Shown: piece by piece, positions 26,622-32,000 of the stretch
Numbering within the stretch: position 1 is the first letter of the stretch
How the letters are laid out: each line of letters begins with the position of its first letter
Assembly: GCF_050010295.1 (NCBI RefSeq)
Contig: NZ_JBEKLH010000001.1
Span: 443,358 to 475,357, forward strand
Reading direction: 5' to 3'
From: Methanoregula sp.
GTDB taxonomy: Archaea; Halobacteriota; Methanomicrobia; Methanomicrobiales; Methanospirillaceae
Length of the DNA stretch: 32,000 nt
The notes under the pieces: model-generated
Seen by the model: the letters and a program-made list of their open reading frames with translations, nothing else
What the model was told of the DNA's origin: nothing
Database searches by the model: none
Position numbers and translations under genes: made by a program

Positions 26622-27746
26622 TTACGGTATGATCTCGCATCCGTTGAATTTCTCATGCTCGAAATCCTTCAGGGTGATAATATCCCTGCTGATGAGTGCC
26701 TGAACCCGCGGGAGTTCTGCCTGGAGCGAATCGTGAAGGTTATCGACAGCAGCACAGACCAACCGCCTCTCAGCCTCCCCCCATGGCCGGGTGATATTGG
26801 AGTACAGGCACCTGCCGCCGCAGAAGTCGCGGATCCTGCAGTCCGTGCACTCCCCGCTGACAAGAATGCGGGCAAGCTCCAGCGGATGCGAACAGGAGAT
26901 ATGCCCGACATAATACTGGGGCATCCCGATCATGACCGGGCAGGGGCCGATGCTCCCATCGGTCATGATACTGTAGTTGGCATACCCGGACCCGCACCTG
27001 AGCAGGCTGGTCTTTCCGAGAAGCAGGTCTTCCAGGGGATCCAGGAACGGGTACCAACGCAGAACTTCACCTGAGTTCTCCATATGATCTACCCAGGAAC
27101 AGACGAGCGTACGTATCCCGGGATTATAGCTCCCGTTCGCCCACTCTTGAAACTGGCGCAGGGAAAAATCCCCGGCAAAATTGGCATCGATCTGCCAGTG
27201 GATGGAAGAGAAAGAATAATCGGGGTTGGATGCAAGATACCGGACCGCATCCACGATATCGGTCGTTTCCGTGACGGTCATCCGGGCAATCAGTTCACCT
27301 GCATAGCCGTTCGCACGGATCTTCCGGATATTCCTCATGACCCGGTCATATACGCCCATCCCTCGGTTTGCATCGGTGAGCTCTTTTCTCCCGTCAAGGG
27401 AGACGAGAATTGTGGTGAACCGGTTCAGTATTTCCGCTGGGAGCCGGTCCAGCAGGAGACCGTTGGTCTGCACCATGAACCGCTGCACGGGGGACTCCCG
27501 CACAATCCGTTCGATAAGGTCAGCCCGTAACAGGGGTTCACCCCCATAGAACGTAAGCGTCGCCGAAGGATCTTTTTTTAAGAATTCATACAAATGATTC
27601 AGGTCGAACTCCAGTTCCAGAGGGAGACCCTCGTCGATAGTCAGATCACGCCCGCCCCCGCTCTCCTCCAGATCCTCAAAGGCCTTGGCCCTGCAGTACC
27701 TGCAGCAGAGGTTGCAGTGATCCGTGAGGATGAGATGGAAGTACAT
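26622..27746 (-). CDS. radical SAM enzyme with C-terminal SPASM domain (putative peptide/protein-modifying maturase)
   Basis: 374 aa. It has the N-terminal CNLCCRYC (CX3CX2C) radical SAM cluster motif, GGEPLL, and the C-terminal SPASM signature CGSG...GPC and CTDCRIRDFCGGRC (CX2CX5CX3C). Confidence 0.85.
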   Translation of the reverse strand: MYFHLILTDHCNLCCRYCRAKAFEDLEESGGGRDLTIDEGLPLELEFDLNHLYEFLKKDPSATLTFYGGEPLLRADLIERIVRESPVQRFMVQTNGLLLDRLPAEILNRFTTILVSLDGRKELTDANRGMGVYDRVMRNIRKIRANGYAGELIARMTVTETTDIVDAVRYLASNPDYSFSSIHWQIDANFAGDFSLRQFQEWANGSYNPGIRTLVCSWVDHMENSGEVLRWYPFLDPLEDLLLGKTSLLRCGSGYANYSIMTDGSIGPCPVMIGMPQYYVGHISCSHPLELARILVSGECTDCRIRDFCGGRCLYSNITRPWGEAERRLVCAAVDNLHDSLQAELPRVQALISRDIITLKDFEHEKFNGCEIIP

Positions 27747-28236
27747 GAAAATGCCTGTACTACTGGTGCCTGCCAGACGATAAATTTAGGGCACCTGCAG
27801 GGGGAGGGATCGAGCCCTCTCATTAATAAGCATGGCCCTCATTATTTATGAGGATCCCCGGATGGCGCCACCTGATCCATCACCGCCATTTACCTGGAAT
27901 ACAGCCGACTATCACACCAGCTCATCCGCCCGGAGGTTACTGCAATGCCGCTCACTATCAGTCGTACCGTCCCTAAACGAATTATGCCGGTCATGAACCT
28001 CGGTTAGCGTGCCGCACCCTTCCAGTCACCGTCGCTAAAACCCCCGCGTGGGCTGCGCTTTCATTTCCGGTGCGCATAACTGCGCCGGCAGGCATTCCGC
28101 CATTAAAACCCCCGAATTTTGCCAAACCGGGCAATCTAAAAAGGTTTTTAATCGGCGTGAATAGTGAGTCACAATGCCAAAAATACCCCCAGAATTATGG
28201 TAAAATTGCGGACTTCGACGGGCTTCCGACGGAAAC

Positions 28237-28246
28237 CTTTTATATT
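28237..28246 (+). promoter_or_regulatory. TATA box candidate for the small basic repeat protein gene
   Basis: CTTTTATATT lies about 55 nt upstream of the ATG at 28300. The SD-like GAGGTG at 28289-28294 is 5 nt before the start. Confidence 0.5.
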
Positions 28247-28299
28247 ATCAGACGTCAACTCTCATTATCAAAACCCAATAGTGGTTTTGAGGTGTTTAA

Positions 28300-28515
28300 A
28301 TGGGAACCAAAATCGGAAAAGAAAAGATTCAGCGCGAAAAGGGATACCTCTACTTCATCGGCAAGGACGGGTATGTCTGGGCCGCCCCTATGAAGCACAA
28401 CAAGACCGGCAAGAAGAAGAAAGTCGGTACTGAGAAGATCGCCAAGGAAAAAGGCTTCATGTACTACATTGGCAAGGACGGATTCGTCGCAAAAGCCAAG
28501 ATGAAGAACGCATAA
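28300..28515 (+). CDS. small, highly basic protein made of two tandem repeats (KEKGxxYxIGKDGxV)
   Basis: 71 aa. KIQREKGYLYFIGKDGYVWAAPMK and KIAKEKGFMYYIGKDGFVAKAKMK are 16/24 identical, joined by a KTGKKKK linker. It has a good SD and TATA, and an oligo-T tract follows directly. Confidence 0.7.
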   Translation: MGTKIGKEKIQREKGYLYFIGKDGYVWAAPMKHNKTGKKKKVGTEKIAKEKGFMYYIGKDGFVAKAKMKNA

Positions 28516-28520
28516 TCTCA

Positions 28521-28533
28521 CTTTTTCCTTTTG
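28521..28533 (+). terminator. oligo-T archaeal terminator candidate
   Basis: CTTTTTCCTTTTG begins 6 nt after the stop at 28515. Confidence 0.45.
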
Positions 28534-28757
28534 CACGCAGTCCGCCTGCCGCCCGGGTTCATCCAGTCGGCGGGACTGCTCAATAGTTTTCCGCTGACGC
28601 TAGAGTCTCTCTTGTGGTCAGGTATCGCTTGTGCCTGCTCCAGGCAGCTACCGGCAGCTGCATTCCGTATCCTAGTGGATTCCCATTCAGAAAGTTTGAA
28701 CTGATGAAGAGTGCAGAGGATTCTTTCAGAAGCGGGCGTTAGTCCCGGGAATTTCCG

Positions 28758-29453
28758 ATGTCATCGCTGGTGAATGCAAAATATTCTGAATGGACGCGCA
28801 GCCTTGATACCCGCAGGAGTATGATTGCCATTTTCGAGCATATCCGTGACATCCCGTACTCACTGGAGGTTCCCATGACCGATCCCGGCACAGCACCGGA
28901 GCAGATGCTCCGTCTCGGGAAAGGGTACTGCGGGCCCAAACACTTCCTGCTTGCGGAGATGTACAAAAAAATGGGCCTGAACGTCGTATTCGCCACGATA
29001 GCATTCGTCTGGAATGATCCAGATTTCCATTACCCGCCGGAGCTCAGGGCGCTTACCACCCGGCTCCCGGTTGCCCACCACCTCGCCTGCCGGGTACAGA
29101 TCGGGTGGCGCTGGGTGCTGGTGGATGCCACCTGGGACCCGCCCCTCAAAAAGGGAGGGTTCCCTGTCAACGAGAACTGGGACGGCTATTCGGAAACGCA
29201 GTGTGCTGTAAAACCGCTCAGGTCGGCGGTAAGGACGGCGTTTTGTCGCACGGCAACCAGCGAGGCATGCCGGACGAAGAACGAGGCTGAGCTCTGCCCG
29301 CTCGATGGAAAAAAAGATCACCGGGAGGCAGAGGATCATAGCCGGTATTACCGGGAGATTGTTACGAAGAGGAAGCCGGAGGATATCGAGCAGATCCACC
29401 GGTTTTACCAGGAGTTCGAGGTGTGGCTGGTAAAGATACGGGAACTGGAATAA
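28758..29453 (+). CDS. transglutaminase-like cysteine peptidase superfamily protein
   Basis: 231 aa. GKGYCGPKHFLLAEMYKKMG carries the nucleophile Cys in the typical G-x-C context. VAHHLACRV and LVDATWD are consistent with a Cys-His-Asp core. Confidence 0.65.
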   Translation: MSSLVNAKYSEWTRSLDTRRSMIAIFEHIRDIPYSLEVPMTDPGTAPEQMLRLGKGYCGPKHFLLAEMYKKMGLNVVFATIAFVWNDPDFHYPPELRALTTRLPVAHHLACRVQIGWRWVLVDATWDPPLKKGGFPVNENWDGYSETQCAVKPLRSAVRTAFCRTATSEACRTKNEAELCPLDGKKDHREAEDHSRYYREIVTKRKPEDIEQIHRFYQEFEVWLVKIRELE

Positions 29454-29487
29454 AAATAGTATCCGCTTGATTCACGGAGTGTTCTTG

Positions 29488-30367
29488 TTAATCGTCTGCC
29501 AGCAGGCTCTTCCGGTCCCGGACCCGGAGGTTTGCCGCAAAAGTGCGGGCGAGCAGGGGATTCACTGTCTGCGGGGGCAGGCCGATGACTGCGGCGGTTT
29601 TTCTGGTGCAGTTTCATAGGGTCAAGTGAGTTATCCCCGGCACTCGAAAGCACGGCCTCATGGATCGTCTGGAGATATTCAAGTGCCTGGTTCATCTGCC
29701 GGTACACCTCCTCACCTTTCCTCGGCTCGTCCCATGCTGAGAGAAGAATCTGGATGCCAGGAAGTCCCCGGAGCCGTCTTACTGACTGAACGGATGCGAG
29801 GGCATCGTCATACACCGGCAGGTCCCCGGTCACGGGTATCACGTCGCCGGAGAAGAGCGCTCCCTCGCTGTGAAGGAAGAGCGAGATGGATCCTGCAGAA
29901 TGGCCCGGTGTGTGGAACACCTGCATGTCGCACGTCCTGCAATCATCCGGCTCTATTGAGTCCCCGTCTACAAGTTCGTGATCGAGCTGCACAGATCCCC
30001 CGACCAGCGCAGAAAACCCCGGCACCGGACGCTCGCGGTTCTGGAGTTCTACGTCCTCGATCCATGCCCGCTCAGCTGGGTGTGCCCCGATGCGGCACCC
30101 GGTTGCCTGACGGATTGCCCGTGCCGCCCCGATATGGTCGGGGTGCGAGTGGGTCAGGATGATCAGCGCAATCTCCGAAGGGTCGCGGCCGGTGGAGAGG
30201 ATATAGTCAAAGATGGTATTTTCGCAACCCGCTACGCCGGTATCTATGAGCGTGACCGTCTCGCCATAGACGAGGTACGAGTACACGAACCGATCGAGAG
30301 CGATGCCGGGGGCGACGGGCACCCTGAATGGGAGCCTGAGCGCGTGGATAGCGGGGGTGACCTGCAT
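29488..30367 (-). pseudogene. MBL-fold metallo-hydrolase with a frameshift near 29606-29617
   Basis: It has THSHPDHIGA (HxHxDH) and HTPGHS motifs. After ...SLDPMK the called frame becomes low-complexity and overlaps the convergent gene. The adjacent frame reads CTRKTAAVIGLPPQTVNPLLARTFAANLRVRDRKSLLADD* and stops at 29488. SD AAGGAGAT precedes the ATG at 30367. Confidence 0.7.
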
Positions 30368-30416
30368 AAGATCTCCTTTGTGTGGGAATATGGGACGGGG
30401 CAGGGTATATGCTTGA

Positions 30417-30590
30417 GGTGGCGATCATCAGGGAAGCCCGGAAATACGAATCCTGCTGATGGCCATGGCCCTTACCGAGGCCTGCGAACTGATCCCCGAT
30501 CAGGTAGCACCGCCAAGCCCGGTGATCGTATCCGTCTCGTTCGATGAGTATAACCTCAATGCCGAGGTCTTGTATTACCGTCAGCCCCCT
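30417..30590 (+). pseudogene. possible orphan C-terminal gene fragment
   Basis: The open frame ...SPEIRILLMAMALTEACELIPDQVAPPSPVIVSVSFDEYNLNAEVLYYRQP looks protein-like. It opens right after a stop at 30414-30416, inside the MBL gene promoter, and has no plausible N-terminal part. Family assignment is uncertain. Confidence 0.3.
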
Positions 30591-30706
30591 TCCCCCCATG
30601 CCCAAAAAAGTGGAGGGGGTTACCCCTTTCAGAAAAAATTATGGGTGGGGGTAGGAGTATTACCCCTCCGGGTACCGGGTTTTGCCGGGCCCAAAAGGGA
30701 GGGGCT
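30584..30706. repeat. degenerate G-tract / C-tract repeat region
   Basis: Units of the form AAAAAA-(N)-GG(A/T)GGGGGT-(N)-TTACCCCT start at 30604 and 30633, with a third, weaker unit at 30693. C-runs lie at 30585-30597. Eight runs of G3-G5 fall within 100 nt. Confidence 0.6.
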
Positions 30707-30730
30707 GGCAACCTAAAAGAAGAATATCAA

Positions 30731-31399
30731 ATGCGAACCAATCTTTGGTACGAGGAGAATCGCGGTATGCCAGTAAAAGAACCGATAAGCAAGGTCAACC
30801 TTGAACGTCTCACCAACGGCATCTATGCCTTCACTATGACGCTCATGATCCGGAATATCCAGACCCCCCCGGCCGGCACGCTCGTCGACACCGCCTCCCT
30901 CTTCCGGTTCATCGATACCACGATCCTTACCGTCATAGACTTCATCGGGGCGTTCATTATCCTTGGCATGTTCTGGCTCTTTTACTTCCAGATGTTCCAC
31001 CGGATGAAAACCTTCGATTACCGGTTCCTCTACATCCACCTCTTCTCTCTCATGATCGTTGTCTTCGTCCCGTTCACCCAGTCCTTTACTTCGGAAAGCA
31101 CCAGTATCAAAGTCGCCGATATCCTGTTCCAATTCAACTATCTCGCCCTCAGCATCCTGCTCGTCTATGCATGGCACTATGCGAGCAAGACGAACCCGTC
31201 CCTTCTCGTCCCGGAACTGACCGGCCCCGAGGCTTCGTTCCTCATGAAAAAGTTCCTTGTCCCCCTCGGGGTTGCAGTCCTCGGGATTGTCATCCTCATG
31301 CTGGGATTCCCGTTCTTTGACATCCTCTATCTCTTCCCATTCGTCATCCTTGCGGTCTTCTTCCGGCATCCCCCGGGCATACCGGAAAAAGTTGTGTGA
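30731..31399 (+). CDS. DUF1211 / TMEM175-like membrane protein (putative K+ channel family)
   Basis: About 222 aa. LERLTNGIYAFTMTLMI resembles the RLExFSDGVFAIAITLL opening of DUF1211, and there are about 6 TM helices. An alternative start, ATG 30767, is preceded by GAGGAG. The ORF-track start at 30641 lies in the G-tract repeat. Confidence 0.65.
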   Translation: MRTNLWYEENRGMPVKEPISKVNLERLTNGIYAFTMTLMIRNIQTPPAGTLVDTASLFRFIDTTILTVIDFIGAFIILGMFWLFYFQMFHRMKTFDYRFLYIHLFSLMIVVFVPFTQSFTSESTSIKVADILFQFNYLALSILLVYAWHYASKTNPSLLVPELTGPEASFLMKKFLVPLGVAVLGIVILMLGFPFFDILYLFPFVILAVFFRHPPGIPEKVV

Positions 31400-31585
31400 G
31401 TGGGAATCCCCCCCGGACCCTGTCCTGTATGGCAACTGCCGGAATTACACCACTATGCAATGAATTGTCATACTATTGAGAAATATGACATGAATATAGA
31501 TACCCCTTTATTTCCTGTGGAAACGTTCAGGAATAAAATGGTTGTCTTTGTACCCGGGACTATGGGAACGCGTACAAAACAGAGA

Positions 31586-31659
31586 TGGGCCCGTCGTGAT
31601 TCGAACACGAGATCTTCGCCGTGTGAAGGCGACGTCATAGCCAACTAGACCACGAGCCC
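31586..31659 (-). tRNA. tRNA-Val (anticodon CAC)
   Basis: Hand-folded cloverleaf. Acceptor GGGCUCG/CGGGCCC (one G-U), anticodon stem UCGCC/GGCGA, loop UUCACAC, T-loop GUUCGAAUC, discriminator A, no encoded CCA. Confidence 0.9.
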
Positions 31660-31662
31660 GCA

Positions 31663-31733
31663 TGCATCGACCGGGAATCGAACCCGGGCTATAGGCTTGG
31701 AAGGCCTAAGTCATGCCTCTAGACCATCGATGC
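31663..31733 (-). tRNA. tRNA-Gly (anticodon UCC)
   Basis: Hand-folded cloverleaf. Acceptor GCAUCGA/UCGAUGC, anticodon stem UAGGC/GCCUA, loop CUUCCAA, T-arm CCGGG-UUCGAUU-CCCGG, discriminator A, no CCA. It lies 3 nt upstream of tRNA-Val. Confidence 0.9.
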
Positions 31734-31899
31734 ACTGTGCTCTACAATTTTGGCGGCGAGCTGTATTAATAATTGTCACCGGCACTCCTAGCCCTGCAGC
31801 AGTGTCCCTAGGAAGTCCCCCTGCCGTATCGGGTGTACCCGGACTCATATTCATCCGGGAGATAGGTACAATACCGGAAACCTCCTGCAAAGAAATGGA

Positions 31900-32000
31900 T
31901 TATTTGTGAGGAGCTGCCGGAGGCACCTGCCATTCCGGCACCGCTGCCGCAACGAACGCGATCAGAGGGCCGATGACCAGTCCCGCCCAGAATACAAGCC
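31900..32000 (-). CDS. partial CDS (C-terminal end of a membrane protein; runs off the window)
   Basis: The minus-strand frame reads ...LVFWAGLVIGPLIAFVAAAVPEWQVPPAAPHK* with its stop at 31900-31902. Only 33 codons are visible. Confidence 0.3.
   Translation of the reverse strand, partial: LVFWAGLVIGPLIAFVAAAVPEWQVPPAAPHK

Noticed and set aside
28036-28191. Repeated TAAAACCCCCG motif as a possible degenerate CRISPR array.
   Set aside because: There are only two exact 11-mers plus one variant. The repeats are far shorter than CRISPR repeats, the spacing is irregular (68 and about 76 nt), and no cas genes are nearby.
28702-28735. CTGATGA...TCAGA as a possible box C/D sRNA.
   Set aside because: There are no proper box D (CUGA) or C'/D' elements at the right spacing on either strand.
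30612-30704. A specific G-quadruplex call in the G-tract region.
   Set aside because: G-runs are present, but loop lengths are long and irregular and C-rich complements are nearby. I report it only as a repeat or low-complexity oddity, not as a defined G4.
31400-31909. ORFs 31400-31648 (+) and 31697-31909 (+).
   Set aside because: They run across, or antisense to, the two tRNA genes and their promoter and have no protein-like features.

Overview
This is a gene-dense, roughly 55-60% GC archaeal chromosomal segment. It looks like a methanogen of the Methanomicrobia, probably Methanomicrobiales-like. That placement is an inference from gene content (RibL-type FAD synthase, MJ0107-type DHPS-like protein, archaeal parvulin, JAMM protein), tRNAs without encoded CCA, and AT-rich TATA-type intergenic islands. 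All family calls come from reading the translated ORFs and recognising motifs from memory; no searches were run.

Content from left to right:
- a four-subunit 2-oxoacid:ferredoxin oxidoreductase operon (minus strand, order beta-alpha-gamma-delta)
- a KhtT/KhtU-like K+/H+ antiporter pair
- a JAMM-RibL-DUF2284 string
- a parvulin PPIase
- a DHPS-like protein, a PHP phosphoesterase and TruA
- malic enzyme
- a tightly coupled four-gene operon: Cys-rich AbrB/SpoVT regulator, hgcA, hgcB, arsC
- a divergent YkgJ Cys-cluster protein
- a tandem-DUF333 lipoprotein
- a complete, overlapping trpEGDCFBA operon with TGTACA palindromes upstream
- a CHASE4-HAMP-PAS sensor that ends after a DHp-like H-box with no ATPase domain
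- small membrane proteins
- a radical SAM/SPASM enzyme followed by two small Cys-rich proteins
- a 550-bp non-coding, GC-normal stretch that looks like gene decay
- a small basic tandem-repeat protein
- a transglutaminase-like protein
- a frameshifted MBL-fold hydrolase
- a gene relic plus a G/C-tract repeat
- a DUF1211/TMEM175-like protein
- a tRNA-Gly(UCC)/tRNA-Val(CAC) pair

The most notable item is the hgcAB mercury-methylation pair. It sits in an extended, translationally coupled operon with an unusual Cys-rich regulator and an ArsC-type thiol reductase. All three non-ArsC proteins carry flexible Cys-rich tails.

Many ORF-track entries are over-extended at the N-terminus. I give revised starts where an internal start codon, SD-like sequence, TATA position or stop/start overlap supports them. 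No CRISPR arrays, rRNA genes or mobile elements were seen.
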